DNA of 64,000 nt from an uncultured Verrucomicrobiota bacterium (lineage in GTDB: Bacteria > Verrucomicrobiota > Verrucomicrobiia > Limisphaerales > AAA164-E04), in NCBI GenBank assembly GCA_902560705.1, contig CACEMW010000003.1, positions 6,125-70,124 of the forward strand, given 5' to 3'. Positions 1 to 9,525 of this stretch are shown here, in pieces. Under the pieces are notes generated by a model. The model was not told where the DNA came from. It saw nothing but the letters and a program-made list of their open reading frames with translations, and did no database searches. Each line of letters begins with the position of its first letter. Position 1 is the first letter of the stretch. Position numbers and translations under genes: made by a program.

Positions 1-168
1 TTAACGATTTCTCAGAGACTTACCGATCATTGGAATCTGAAGTTCTCGGCCAAAAACCTTCTTAATCCGGATGTGAAAATCACCCAGGAATACAATGGAA
101 GGGACTACATTTACTCCTCTTATACCCGCGGGCGATCCTTTGGCATGTCTCTGAATTATGATTTTTAG
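1..168 (+). CDS. 3' end of an outer-membrane beta-barrel gene, probably a TonB-dependent receptor (partial, open at window edge)
   Basis: Frame +1 reads ...QEYNGRDYIYSSYTRGRSFGMSLNYDF, then TAG at 166-168. The terminal aromatic residue and alternating strand pattern are typical of the last barrel strands of TonB-dependent receptors. It is too short to appear in the supplied ORF track. Confidence 0.55.
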   Translation, partial: LTISQRLTDHWNLKFSAKNLLNPDVKITQEYNGRDYIYSSYTRGRSFGMSLNYDF

Positions 169-268
169 ATGGTGACCCTTACCATCACTCCCGAGGTGGG
201 CCTGTATCTCTGTCTTCAGATAATAAGCTTTCCTGGCAGTGGATATTTGAAATGATTCCCTCAACAAC

Positions 269-1741
269 ATGGAACTAACGGCCTTTCACTACTTTTTGGG
301 TTTTATTGCCCTCTTCATGCTGATTTACAACACGATCGAGGTCGGCAGAAACGACGCAGCAAATATTGTGAACGCCGTGTTTGGCGCAAAGGTCTTGGAT
401 GCCAAGCGTGCCATTCTGTTGGCGGGTCTGGCCGTGATTGTGGGAGCTGTTGCCGCTTCCCCCGTCATGGAGACGGCTCGTAAGGGCATCTTTGACCCGA
501 GTTCCCTTGGCAACCTGCAATCAGCCATCAATGTCTATCTCGCTGTTTATGTCACCAATACCGTTCTCCTATATTCCTTTTCCGCTTTTGGCATGCCAGT
601 CTCAACGACTGCCTGTCTGGTCTTTGCCCTTTTGGGTGGGGGATTCGCCGTGGGTGGAATGGAGGCGATCGATTGGCAGAAAAGTTCACAGGTGATTCTT
701 GGAATCATCTGCTCTATCCTGGCCAGCGGTTTTCTTGGTTACATGGTTCAGCGACTGTTTCGATATTTTATCCAAGGAGATTGCCGCTCCGATTCTTCGG
801 TTCAACGACATGGGGCCTGGATCAGTGGTCTTCTGATCACCGGCTTGATTTACTTCATGATCATGAAAGGGCTCAAGAATGTTGCTTTCGTCAAACTGAT
901 CAAGGCGTCCTTCTTTGCCAAGCTTGGCACACCGGTGGCGCTTCTCTGTTTATGGGGCCTTTTTTCCCTAGTGATTGGTGTTGCCATGGTCGCTTGGAAA
1001 CAGCGTCTGAAGTCCTATTTATTTGCCAGTCTGGCGATTCTTGGAATGATTTCCACGGCGATTGCTTTTGGTCAAAATGACTTGGCCAACTGTGCTTCAC
1101 CCGGGCTGGCCATTTTGATGATTCTTAAACACGGCACGCTTGCAACCCAAGTCGATGTAGCATGGTGGATGCTTTTTGGATGTGGTGTCCTTTTGTTCCT
1201 GGGCATGTCGACCAAAACGGCGAGGAGAGTTACTGAGGCAGGTGTGCGCGCGGGAAGCCAAGGGGGTAACGTGCGGCTTTATGCTCCCAAGTGGTGCCTT
1301 TCTTTGGCTGAATGTTTGGTTGCCAAGGAAGCTTCAACCGCACCACAGGCCGAGGGAAAGGACTCGTTGGATGAAGGATTTCATTTCGATGCACTGCGCG
1401 CGGCGGTGATCACATCAGTGACCGGCAGTGTGATTGCCGTTGCTTCCGGTTTGGGACTTCCAGTTTCAACGACTTATGTCTCTTTTGCAGCTGTCATATC
1501 GACTGGATGGGCAGATCGTATTTTTCATACAGGGGATGCTGTGGTAAAGATGGGGCGGACGATTTGGGTCGTGTTTTGCTGGTTTTTTTCGGCACTCATC
1601 GCTGCGTTGGCCACAGCTATCATGCTTCAGATCATCTCTTTTGGTTGGTGGGGTATCCTCCTGGCTCTGGGCGTCAATCTGGCTATCCGTCAAATCATGC
1701 AGCGTCGATCGGATCTGCATGAACAGAGGGTCAATGAGTGA
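269..1741 (+). CDS. pit: Inorganic phosphate transporter, PiT (PHO4) family
   Basis: 490-aa polytopic membrane ORF carrying both PHO4 signature repeats, GRNDAANIV near the N-terminus and GQNDLANCA in the second half. Confidence 0.85.
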   Translation: MELTAFHYFLGFIALFMLIYNTIEVGRNDAANIVNAVFGAKVLDAKRAILLAGLAVIVGAVAASPVMETARKGIFDPSSLGNLQSAINVYLAVYVTNTVLLYSFSAFGMPVSTTACLVFALLGGGFAVGGMEAIDWQKSSQVILGIICSILASGFLGYMVQRLFRYFIQGDCRSDSSVQRHGAWISGLLITGLIYFMIMKGLKNVAFVKLIKASFFAKLGTPVALLCLWGLFSLVIGVAMVAWKQRLKSYLFASLAILGMISTAIAFGQNDLANCASPGLAILMILKHGTLATQVDVAWWMLFGCGVLLFLGMSTKTARRVTEAGVRAGSQGGNVRLYAPKWCLSLAECLVAKEASTAPQAEGKDSLDEGFHFDALRAAVITSVTGSVIAVASGLGLPVSTTYVSFAAVISTGWADRIFHTGDAVVKMGRTIWVVFCWFFSALIAALATAIMLQIISFGWWGILLALGVNLAIRQIMQRRSDLHEQRVNE

Positions 1742-1784
1742 CTTTAACAACTGTCTTGGATTTCGGATCTTTCATAGCGTTTTT

Positions 1785-1813
1785 CTGTCACAGAAATGTC
1801 ACATGGACGTCAC
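1785..1813 (+). promoter_or_regulatory. Pho-box-like operator: three 7-bp direct repeats with 11-bp phasing
   Basis: CTGTCAC-agaa-ATGTCAC-atgg-ACGTCAC, with repeat starts at 1785, 1796 and 1807. It resembles the E. coli PhoB box CTGTCAT-N4-CTGTCAY. It lies between the pit stop and the phoU-like gene, in the same orientation as phoU. Confidence 0.45.
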
Positions 1814-2098
1814 ATAGGCACAACGCTTTGCATGCATGGTTTAATCAGGTAAAATAAGTAGTCGACGAGTGGCTCACCATTATCAACAAAAGCATTTGCA
1901 GTCATGGTAAACTTTCCGCCCACTGGTGGTATTTTTGGGAAAAAGAAAGATAATTCTCTTTTCCAGCTTCTCTTTGGTCGGGTTAGGTCAAAAGCTGGTC
2001 TAAAACAAAAATCATCCAAATCATCTTTATCAGAGAACTCATTTCAATCACCGGAAGCCGATGGTTTTTCTACTTCACGCCTATCGCATCACTCAACC

Positions 2099-2737
2099 AT
2101 GAATAAAGACTCTCATGATACCCTCAAGAGCCAATTGCTTTTGATGGCTAGCAATGCCGAGGAGTGCGTGAAAAATGCCATCCAGTCCTTGATACAAAGA
2201 AAGGAGTCTCTCGCAAGGACGATGAAGGCTCAGGATGATGTCATTGATCAATTGGAGATAGAAGTCGATCAACTAGCTATTTCCATGCTGGGTGAAGCTA
2301 CCAAGCCGGAAGACCTGCGATTTATCACGATGGCCATGCGCATTTCCAATGAGTTGGAACGAGTTGGGGATGAGGCCACCACGATTTCTCGGCGCAGTTT
2401 GGAACTCATGAAGCACGATCCGCTTCGTTTGGATATGCCGATCGAATCCATGGCTCAGATGGTCACTGATATGTTGAGGGAGGCGCTGGACACCTTTGTC
2501 TATCGCAAGCCTGATCTGGCGCGCGAAATCGTTCTTCGTGACAAGCAAGTCGACCAGCTCAACAAAGCCATTCAGGCTCAGATGACCGAAACCATGTTGA
2601 AGCATCCCGATCATATTGTCCGCTCCCTGCATCTCATGACCATTGCCAAGAGCATGGAACGGATCGGAGATCATGCGAGCAACATTGCTGAGCAGGTTGT
2701 CTTCTTGTGCGAAGCGGAGGATATCCGTCATCAGTAA
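2099..2737 (+). CDS. phoU: PhoU-family phosphate signalling/regulatory protein
   Basis: Two PhoU repeats with the conserved E-x-x-G-D motifs (NELERVGDEA and SMERIGDHA). The ORF-track start at 1904 adds 65 low-complexity residues. The internal ATG at 2099 gives a canonical protein of about 212 aa. The start codon is uncertain. Confidence 0.85.
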   Translation: MNKDSHDTLKSQLLLMASNAEECVKNAIQSLIQRKESLARTMKAQDDVIDQLEIEVDQLAISMLGEATKPEDLRFITMAMRISNELERVGDEATTISRRSLELMKHDPLRLDMPIESMAQMVTDMLREALDTFVYRKPDLAREIVLRDKQVDQLNKAIQAQMTETMLKHPDHIVRSLHLMTIAKSMERIGDHASNIAEQVVFLCEAEDIRHQ

Positions 2738-2819
2738 TTTCCGATGACTGGTGTGTCCTGTCCTCCCTGGGTGCAGCCTTTGGTTTTGACGAATCCATTC
2801 CCGTAATTAGGTTGGGTGA

Positions 2820-4655
2820 ATGACCCCTACCGAAGGGCAATTTAAAACCAGCTCCTCGCCCTCTCGAGAATCGAGGTTTGGACAATGGCCTCTCTGGAAA
2901 CGTGCCTTGCTGGGGGGAGGTTTTTCCCTGCTCCTGTTGGGTCTTTTGTCAGGCAGTTTGGAATGGGGCTTCAGGCTGATCGGTATCGGTCACTCGGCAT
3001 CCTTCTTCTCCCATCTTGCCGCGGGTGAGGTGGTGGAGAATGAGGCCTTCATCTGGTCTTACCACGGTTCTGAAAGTCCTCTCAAACCGCACCCATTCAA
3101 GTTTTCTCATCCCAAGCCAGAGGACACCTTACGTATTTTCGTCTTAGGAGAATCGGCTGCGATGGGTACGCCCGAACCTGCTTTCGGTTTTAGCCGCATT
3201 TTGGAAAGACTGCTGCAGCATCGTTATCCTGATCAGGCCTTTGAGGTGATCAACCTCGCCATGAGAGGTATCAATTCGCACATGATCCGACGCATCGCGA
3301 TGGAAGCGGCAGCTTACGATCCGGATCTGGTCATTGTTTATGCTGGAAACAACGAGTTGGTCGGTTGGCAAGCCCCAGAACCCGATCATGCTCCCCTTCG
3401 GCCACTGAAAATGATTCGCGCCCAACAGGCATTGCTGAGCACGCGACTGGGGCAATGGCTTTGGCAGCGGATTCGCCCGTTCAAGGACGAGTGGAACCAG
3501 GAGCAGGACATGGTGTTTTTCAGAAAGCATTATTTGAGTGCCAAGGACCCGCGTCGGGAGGAGGTTTTGTCTCGTTTTGCTGGCAACATGAGTGAGGCCC
3601 TTGAGGTTTTTGTGGTTCAGAGAGTTCCTGTTTTGGTTGGGCCGGTGCTGGTCAATGAAAGGGATTTTCCACCCTTGGGATTTCCATCTTCATCCGAGGG
3701 AACTCCGCTGAACGATCCTCTCTTCGCTTTGCCCTGGTGGCAGGCGTGTGAGGGCGGTGACGGGGAATGGCTGGAAGAACAGCTGCCGGTTTTAGAGCAG
3801 TATTTACAAAACCACCCCCTGGATGCCAGGGCTCACTACCTGGTGGCGAGAGCCCAGGAAACACTGGGGGACTTCTTCGCGGCGAAGGTGCATTATCAGG
3901 CTGCCAGAGATGCCGATCATCTACCTTTTCGTGCTACAACCCGAATCAACCATACGTTGAAGGAGCTTGCTGAAACCATGGGGGGCGTGGAGTGGGTCGA
4001 TTTGGAAACCTATGCCCTCCGGGGGGAGGACGAGGTCAAAGCGCTGGGGGATGCCTGGTTTCACGAACATGTCCATTTTCGCTTTGAAGGGGATTATCGC
4101 CTGGCGGCCTACTTTTACCCCCATGTTCAGCAAACTTTGAAACTTCCCATGGAAGATGTGGTCCAGGAAGGTGGTCAAATCCGTCAGATGAGTGAGGTGG
4201 CTCGCGACCTGGGCTACACGCCGATTTCAGAAGCCATGATGGAGCGATCCATCATCGATCTTCTTTCAGCCCCTCCCTTCCTGGATCAGTGGATGCATGA
4301 GGAGCGTCTCGAGGAACGCAAGGCACGCTTGCAGCAACGGTTTTCGATCTATGGAAAAGCTCATGTTCAAGGTGCCCTCCAATGGATTGCCGAAGCCAGT
4401 GAGCGTTTCGCTGACGACTGGCACCTGCCACTGCTGGCTTCGCGCATGGCGGATCGACTTCAAAACCATGCGCTGGCTCTTGAGTGGGCCACGCGTGCCC
4501 GAGATCGAATGCCTCACGCCAGTTTGCCACAATTCATGATGGCCCAGCAGGCCATGGCTCTGGGGAAGAAGGAGGAGGCACGTGACGCGCTTGAGGCGAT
4601 CCTCCATCGTTATCCTGAGCACCCCCTGGCCCTGGGCATGCTTGAAGCACTTTAG
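2820..4655 (+). CDS. Membrane-anchored SGNH/GDSL-like hydrolase-fold protein with a TPR-like C-terminal region
   Basis: N-terminal TM helix. Block-I-like IFVLGESAAMG and block-III-like VYAGNNE. Helical repeat-like C-terminus (ARAHYLVARAQETLGDFFAAKVHYQAA). Function unknown. Confidence 0.45.
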   Translation: MTPTEGQFKTSSSPSRESRFGQWPLWKRALLGGGFSLLLLGLLSGSLEWGFRLIGIGHSASFFSHLAAGEVVENEAFIWSYHGSESPLKPHPFKFSHPKPEDTLRIFVLGESAAMGTPEPAFGFSRILERLLQHRYPDQAFEVINLAMRGINSHMIRRIAMEAAAYDPDLVIVYAGNNELVGWQAPEPDHAPLRPLKMIRAQQALLSTRLGQWLWQRIRPFKDEWNQEQDMVFFRKHYLSAKDPRREEVLSRFAGNMSEALEVFVVQRVPVLVGPVLVNERDFPPLGFPSSSEGTPLNDPLFALPWWQACEGGDGEWLEEQLPVLEQYLQNHPLDARAHYLVARAQETLGDFFAAKVHYQAARDADHLPFRATTRINHTLKELAETMGGVEWVDLETYALRGEDEVKALGDAWFHEHVHFRFEGDYRLAAYFYPHVQQTLKLPMEDVVQEGGQIRQMSEVARDLGYTPISEAMMERSIIDLLSAPPFLDQWMHEERLEERKARLQQRFSIYGKAHVQGALQWIAEASERFADDWHLPLLASRMADRLQNHALALEWATRARDRMPHASLPQFMMAQQAMALGKKEEARDALEAILHRYPEHPLALGMLEAL

Positions 4656-4689
4656 GGAGAGGCATGGATTCCATCTCAGCTGCTGATCC

Positions 4690-5592
4690 TTATCCTGAGC
4701 TACTCTCCATGGCCATGCAGGCAGCGCCCATGGCACCTGCATATTCCCCCAACTGAGCAGGCAGGATGCGAACCCGATGGCTACCGACCTGCCATTCCAT
4801 GGTGTTGAGTTTCTCTTGCAGGGGTTGAAAGAGGGATGAACCGGCGACCGCAATACCACCCCCAAGAATGATGGCTTCCGGATCCAGCAGATTGATCATG
4901 GAGGTGATGCCGGCGGCCAGGCAATGGATGGATCGCAGCCAAATCTGACGAGCTAGCGTGTCACCTGCCTCGAAGGCTTGAATCAGTGCCAGCGTGGAAT
5001 GAAAGCGTCCCTGCGATCGCTCAACGATGGTGGCATTGCCGATGGCCCACTCCAGGCTTCCCGGAGTGCGGCAGATGTCTGGGGGCCCATCCACATCCAG
5101 TGACAGATGCCCAAGATGGCCTGCTCTCCCAAGATATCCTTTGAGAAGATGGCCATCCACCATCACCGCTCCGCCCACTCCGGTGCCGAGGGTGATCATG
5201 ATGACCTGCTCCATGCCTCTGGCGGCTCCATGGCGCGATTCTCCCAGTAAGGCGGCATGGGCGTCATTGATGACTGGTATGGGCCGCCTGTGGCCCAAGA
5301 CCTCTTGCCACTGAAGGCCCTCCAGCCCTTGTAGCCTCCCCGGCATGTGTGCAATGGAAAGTCCATCCTTGGAGACAAGTCCTGGGGCGGCCAAACCCAT
5401 GTTCTCGGGCAAATCTCCCCATTGATGTGCGATCTTGGCGGTAACCCCCTGGATGGTGGCTTTCCATGAGAGTTCAGAACCGATGGATTGAAAGGGATTG
5501 GTGCCTTGCCCGAGGATTCGGCCACCCTGATCCATGAGGATGTGCTTGACCTGTGTGCCCCCCAGATCCCATCCCAGAGTGATGGGTTTCAT
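4690..5592 (-). CDS. ROK-family sugar kinase-like protein
   Basis: N-terminal LGWDLGGTQVK (DxGGT ATP-binding motif) and GTGVGGAVMVDGHLLKG...GHLGH. The CxCGxxGC zinc motif of classical ROK glucokinases is absent. Confidence 0.75.
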   Translation of the reverse strand: MKPITLGWDLGGTQVKHILMDQGGRILGQGTNPFQSIGSELSWKATIQGVTAKIAHQWGDLPENMGLAAPGLVSKDGLSIAHMPGRLQGLEGLQWQEVLGHRRPIPVINDAHAALLGESRHGAARGMEQVIMITLGTGVGGAVMVDGHLLKGYLGRAGHLGHLSLDVDGPPDICRTPGSLEWAIGNATIVERSQGRFHSTLALIQAFEAGDTLARQIWLRSIHCLAAGITSMINLLDPEAIILGGGIAVAGSSLFQPLQEKLNTMEWQVGSHRVRILPAQLGEYAGAMGAACMAMESSSG

Positions 5593-6128
5593 GAGCCCGT
5601 GTCGCCAGTGTCAGGATGATGTTTCTCCAACCATGCAAGGGTCTCTTGCCACACCAGGCGAAAGGCGCTTGCAAAATCCTCGGGTGCTCTGTCCAGCCAG
5701 CGGTTCACCTCATCGGTCTCAAACCAGTCACCGGACTCGATTTCCTCCGGGTGCAATACAAAAGGGCCATTGTAAGTGACGCGGTAAACCCAGACGAATT
5801 CCCAACCGGTTTCCAAGCTGGCTGGGAGTTTGAAAAGTTTCTCAAGAGGCCGATCCGGAATCCATCCCAGCTCTTCGCCCACTTCCCGAATGGCACAGGC
5901 ATCGTAGGATTCTCCCTTGTCCAGATGCCCGGATGCCGAGGAATCCCAGGTGCCGGGAAAGCAATCCTTGATCATGGAGCGTTTTTGTAGAAAGAGTCGA
6001 CCGTCCTCATGGAAGACCAGAACATGAACGGCTCGATGAAGCAGGTTTTCGGCATGTACGGTGCTGCGTGGGGCTTGCCCGACAATCGCATCCTCCTGAT
6101 TGACGACATCAAATATTTCCTCACTCAT
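5589..6128 (-). CDS. NUDIX hydrolase (Idi-like subgroup)
   Basis: Nudix box GHLDKGESYDACAIREVGEELG (Gx5Ex7REUxEExGU). The ORF-track start at 6473 would overlap the upstream gene. Internal ATGs at 6242 and 6128 are more plausible, and MSEEIFDVVNQ (6128) resembles typical N-termini of this subgroup. Confidence 0.75.
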   Translation of the reverse strand: MSEEIFDVVNQEDAIVGQAPRSTVHAENLLHRAVHVLVFHEDGRLFLQKRSMIKDCFPGTWDSSASGHLDKGESYDACAIREVGEELGWIPDRPLEKLFKLPASLETGWEFVWVYRVTYNGPFVLHPEEIESGDWFETDEVNRWLDRAPEDFASAFRLVWQETLAWLEKHHPDTGDTGS

Positions 6129-6441
6129 GAGCTTTGGCGTAGGGTTATGATGCAGTTCATGTGACTCCTTCCTTGCGGCATTGGCAAGCCAAACCCTCTG
6201 GTATGCCCATTCAAGGTCGCTCAAGAACAAGCTCTCAGCCATGGGGCACTCTCCCTGAAATGACCCCTCAAAAAGAACCAAGGACCCAAACCATACTTTG
6301 CGGTTTGAGTCCCTGGTGTCAATGGATGCACACAGGTAAGGAATGGGTCTTTCTTGCTTGAAGCTTTGTCTGCAACCGACGGCAAGGAAGCGAATCAGGC
6401 ATGGTCTGGCAAGGGGAGTGACTGTCAGAGTTCCTTTTCGA

Positions 6442-7236
6442 TTATCCGAGATTCGAATGAACGGAGTTTCCATGGACGATTTCTGTCCCCAGAAAGCGTT
6501 GCTGAATATTTTTGGAGAGATTTTTCAGATCCAGAAGGGTGAGAAAGTCGATGGTTCCGAACGATTCATCCATGGAGGGGCGAGCACAGATTTTGGCTCC
6601 CAAACTCAGGTAGTACCGGAGGAGCTTGGGGATTTTCGGAGTCACCGATTCCCAGTCCATGAAGGGTAATTGTGTTTCAAAATGTGGGGTGGTTTGAAAA
6701 GCCTCCGGAGCCAGGTGGGATTTCTTCAATGCCTCGTAGATCGCATGTCCCTGCTGAATGTCCAATCCATGAACCGAGCTGCAGCCCAACAAGTAACGCA
6801 AGGCTCGTTTTTTGGCATATCGGAGGATACCTTTCCAGAGCAGAGACAAAGCCTGGGAATGACGATGGTCTGGATGCAGGCACGTACGACCGAGCTCCAA
6901 CGATGCGGATCGAACGCGTTCAAAGGGTGAGAAGTCAAAGGCTTGTTCCGAAACATACCCGAAGGCCTCCTCAGCCGTATCACCACTTTGCATACGGTAG
7001 GTTCCCACAACCTTTCCAGACATGCGGTCGACCAGGATCATATGATCACAGACCGCATCAAAAGGATCTTGATCGCGCTGATGCAGATACGATGAGGCCA
7101 GGCCCTCACCCAATTCCAAGTGGAACACTTCAAATCGCAGGTGTTGGGCGCGGCAGATTTCCTCTTGTGTCCTGGTCAGACGACAGTCGTAGCGGTCGTT
7201 GGACAAGAAGGGGGGCGAATGGGGTAGCAATCTCAT
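6442..7236 (-). CDS. GNAT-family N-acyltransferase (OlsB / N-acyl amino acid synthase-like)
   Basis: HLRFEVFHLELGEG, VVGTYRMQ and LELGRTCLHPDHR are typical of the hemolysin-like / OlsB acyltransferase clade. The probable start is MRLLPHS at 7236 rather than 7332. Confidence 0.55.
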   Translation of the reverse strand: MRLLPHSPPFLSNDRYDCRLTRTQEEICRAQHLRFEVFHLELGEGLASSYLHQRDQDPFDAVCDHMILVDRMSGKVVGTYRMQSGDTAEEAFGYVSEQAFDFSPFERVRSASLELGRTCLHPDHRHSQALSLLWKGILRYAKKRALRYLLGCSSVHGLDIQQGHAIYEALKKSHLAPEAFQTTPHFETQLPFMDWESVTPKIPKLLRYYLSLGAKICARPSMDESFGTIDFLTLLDLKNLSKNIQQRFLGTEIVHGNSVHSNLG

Positions 7237-7384
7237 GGTCTGTAAGTCAATGACGGACTTCCGGTTCAAGGGTTTCCTTGAACACACGAAAGTTACTTTG
7301 ACGCTTGAGGGTGACGTTTTGAGACCACTCAAGTCACAAACAAGTGACGAATGCCTGTGTCTTTCCGTGGCGGTGAAAGGAAAA

Positions 7385-7460
7385 TGGTAGGCTGACAGGG
7401 ACTCGAACCCTGGACAAACGGCTTAAAAGGCCGCTGCTCTACCAACTGAGCTATCAGCCC
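7385..7460 (-). tRNA. tRNA-Lys (anticodon UUU), CCA encoded
   Basis: The reverse complement folds as a cloverleaf: acceptor GGGCTGA/TCAGCCT, D arm GCTC/GAGC, anticodon stem GCGGC/GCCGT with loop CTTTTAA, T arm CAGGG-TTCGAGT-CCCTG, discriminator A and CCA. Confidence 0.9.
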
Positions 7461-7595
7461 TACCCGAAGATTTGGCCTCCGTTAGGAAGCTTATTCCTCG
7501 TTGACGAGGAAGTGCAGAAAACTAGTCCTGGTTCCATGCTCATGCAAGTGTTTTTGCCACTTTTTTGGTTCAGGAGATGGCTCCATCAAGGAAGC

Positions 7596-7979
7596 TCAGG
7601 CCTGGGTCTTTGGGGTCGGCAAGAGACAACTGAGCCATCCTGCAATCAGACAGATGCCCCCAATGGGTGTGATGGCACCCAGCCAGTTGAGGCCACTCAG
7701 GCACAGCAGGTAGAGGCTGCCGGAAAACACCGCGACCCCACTCACAAAACAATAAAAAGTAGACCTTCGCATCGAAGGCTGTGTGGATAGAACCAGCAAG
7801 GCCAGCGCATGAACCAAATGGTAGAACACGGCTGTTTCCCAAGTGTCCGTTCGACCGCTGGCCTCAAGTGTTGCCTGCAGAGCGTGAGCCCCAAAAGCTC
7901 CGAGTGCGACTCCCGCGGCCCCCAGGATGGCGGCAGCCATACGGGCTTTTTGGGGTAGAGGATGGTCTGCTAGCGACAT
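7596..7979 (-). CDS. DUF423 (YgdD-like) small membrane protein
   Basis: AAILGAAGVALGAFGAHAL and four predicted TM helices. The start is likely MSLADH (7979) or MAAAIL (7940). Confidence 0.7.
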   Translation of the reverse strand: MSLADHPLPQKARMAAAILGAAGVALGAFGAHALQATLEASGRTDTWETAVFYHLVHALALLVLSTQPSMRRSTFYCFVSGVAVFSGSLYLLCLSGLNWLGAITPIGGICLIAGWLSCLLPTPKTQA

Positions 7980-8683
7980 GGGCGAATGAGTAACTCCTGG
8001 ACCACGGCTCGTGGAGGCAGATTCACTGCCAGCATGACACATTCGGCCACATCTTCAGGACGCAGCATGGTGGCTCTGTGAGCTTCAGTGGGCATGGTGG
8101 GACGTTGTTTCAAGATGGGGGTATCGATTTCCCCCGGGAGAATGCCACAAGCTCGGATGCCATGCTTGTTCTCTTCGGCATTGATGGTTTGGGTTAGACC
8201 GCGCAAACCAAATTTGGAGACCGTGTAGGCTGCCCCTGCCAGAGGCATGCCCCACAGTGCGGAGTCTGAAATGATGTTGATGATGGTCCCCGAGCGCGCT
8301 TCCCGCATCGAGGGAAGGATTGCCTGAATGGCGTCGTAGCTGCCGTGGAGGTTGGTATCGATGAGCCGGTGATAATCTTCTTCAGAAAGCTCCTCAAGCA
8401 TGCGACGCGGGGTATTGGTGCCTGCGGCATTGCAAAGCACACCGACAGCACCATGGGTCTGAACGGCCTTTTGAATGAGCTGAGCTGCAAAACCTCTTTC
8501 GGCGATGCTGCCTGCAACGATTTGGCATCGGGTGCCATGCGCCAAGCAGGACTCCCGGGTTTCCTCGAGCGTAGAAAGGGTCCGTCCGTTGAGGGTCAGT
8601 GCCCAGCCAGCCTTGGCCAGAGCGACTGCGGTATGATGTCCGACGCCTGTGCCGGCTCCAGTGATGATCGCGTGTTGTTTCAT
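7970..8683 (-). CDS. Short-chain dehydrogenase/reductase (SDR)
   Basis: ITGAGTGVG (TGxxxGxG), NAAG and YTVSKFG (YxxxK). The ATG at 8683 (MKQHAIITG) is preferred over the GTG at 8716. Confidence 0.85.
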   Translation of the reverse strand: MKQHAIITGAGTGVGHHTAVALAKAGWALTLNGRTLSTLEETRESCLAHGTRCQIVAGSIAERGFAAQLIQKAVQTHGAVGVLCNAAGTNTPRRMLEELSEEDYHRLIDTNLHGSYDAIQAILPSMREARSGTIINIISDSALWGMPLAGAAYTVSKFGLRGLTQTINAEENKHGIRACGILPGEIDTPILKQRPTMPTEAHRATMLRPEDVAECVMLAVNLPPRAVVQELLIRPCR

Positions 8684-8722
8684 GATGTTTTTGGTAGCAC
8701 TCTCCCTATGCCTCACCCATGT

Positions 8723-9490
8723 TCAAGGCTTGGGGTTGGGGGAGGATGGATTGAGAAAAGGATTCAGCAGGCTTTTGGCCTTCTCCTTGACTTCATTGAA
8801 CTTCAAGGGGAGGGCTCCTCCGCCAGGCGAGTCGAAGCGTTTGAGAAGTCCTTGCCATCCTTCTTCGTCAAATTCATCCAGGAGTTGATCGAGTAAATGA
8901 CGCATGATGTGGCTGGTGATCTCCGACGCCGTCACGCCTTTTTCTTCTGCGCCCAGATGCTTCAGGATCATGTCAGGGAGTTGGAGTGATAGAAGAGGCT
9001 GCTCGAGCATGGGGGTTGAGATCTCTACCTGGATTTGCTTCAGGGTCAGAAGGTCGATTTGAAAATGGCTCTCCTGATCGGTTGGCCAGGTGGCCAGTTG
9101 CTGCTCTAGATGCTGGATCAGGGACTCCAGATTGCCCGATTTGAGCTGCCGCTCATACGTCACTTTTACCCGTGAGATGGCCAGGGAAGGCACCTTGATT
9201 TTCTCGCTCATCAGCGAAGTGGGCTCAATTTGCGCCGCTATTTTCTGGATTTCCACTGCGGGTCCTTCGGAGTAGTTCGTGGGGTTGGCGACTGCCAGTA
9301 TCCGCAGTTCTCCCGTGCCCTTGAACGGGTTGATAGTCACCGAATCCAGCGTCACTGGAGTTCCAAGGAGTTGGCTTCCTGTTTTGACAATGGCTGATTG
9401 GACCAAAGACCCCATGTTCCACATGAGGAAAACCATGCCTGCAACCAGGAGGATGCTCAAGATTGCAGCGCGGCGCTTCCAAGATTTCAT
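8723..9490 (-). CDS. Membrane-anchored hypothetical protein (AsmA/DUF748-like N-terminal region)
   Basis: Single N-terminal TM helix followed by GTPVTLDSVTINPFKGTGELRILAVANP, which resembles AsmA-like N-termini. The family call is weak. Confidence 0.4.
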   Translation of the reverse strand: MKSWKRRAAILSILLVAGMVFLMWNMGSLVQSAIVKTGSQLLGTPVTLDSVTINPFKGTGELRILAVANPTNYSEGPAVEIQKIAAQIEPTSLMSEKIKVPSLAISRVKVTYERQLKSGNLESLIQHLEQQLATWPTDQESHFQIDLLTLKQIQVEISTPMLEQPLLSLQLPDMILKHLGAEEKGVTASEITSHIMRHLLDQLLDEFDEEGWQGLLKRFDSPGGGALPLKFNEVKEKAKSLLNPFLNPSSPNPKP

Positions 9491-9525
9491 CGTAGGTTAC
9501 AGGAGGGCTGAGAAGACGTGTTTGG

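Noticed and set aside
169-268. CTGT-containing repeats upstream of pit (CCTGTATCTCTGTCTTC) as a second Pho box
   Set aside because: The repeat spacing is 8 bp, not 11 bp, and the heptamers do not match TGTCAC/T. It is not comparable to the phased triple repeat at 1785-1813.
1-270. 89-aa minus-strand ORF at the window start
   Set aside because: It is antisense to a much better reading: the + strand encodes a typical outer-membrane barrel C-terminus ending ...GMSLNYDF-stop at 168. The minus ORF has no recognisable features and is most likely a shadow ORF.
1904-2098. 65-residue N-terminal extension of PhoU
   Set aside because: The extension is low-complexity (Lys/Ser-rich), and the PhoU homology starts at the internal Met (2099). 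The rejection is not absolute, because the Pho-box-like repeats lie about 90 nt upstream of the ATG at 1904. It is flagged in the findings for experimental start mapping.
7333-7600. tRNA-Lys as an integration hotspot or genomic-island border
   Set aside because: There is no integrase, no direct repeat of the tRNA 3' end and no compositional change on either side. The flanking genes (GNAT, DUF423, SDR) look like ordinary chromosomal genes. The small hairpin TTCCTCG-TTGA-CGAGGAA at 7494-7511 has no T-run and I could not assign it a role.
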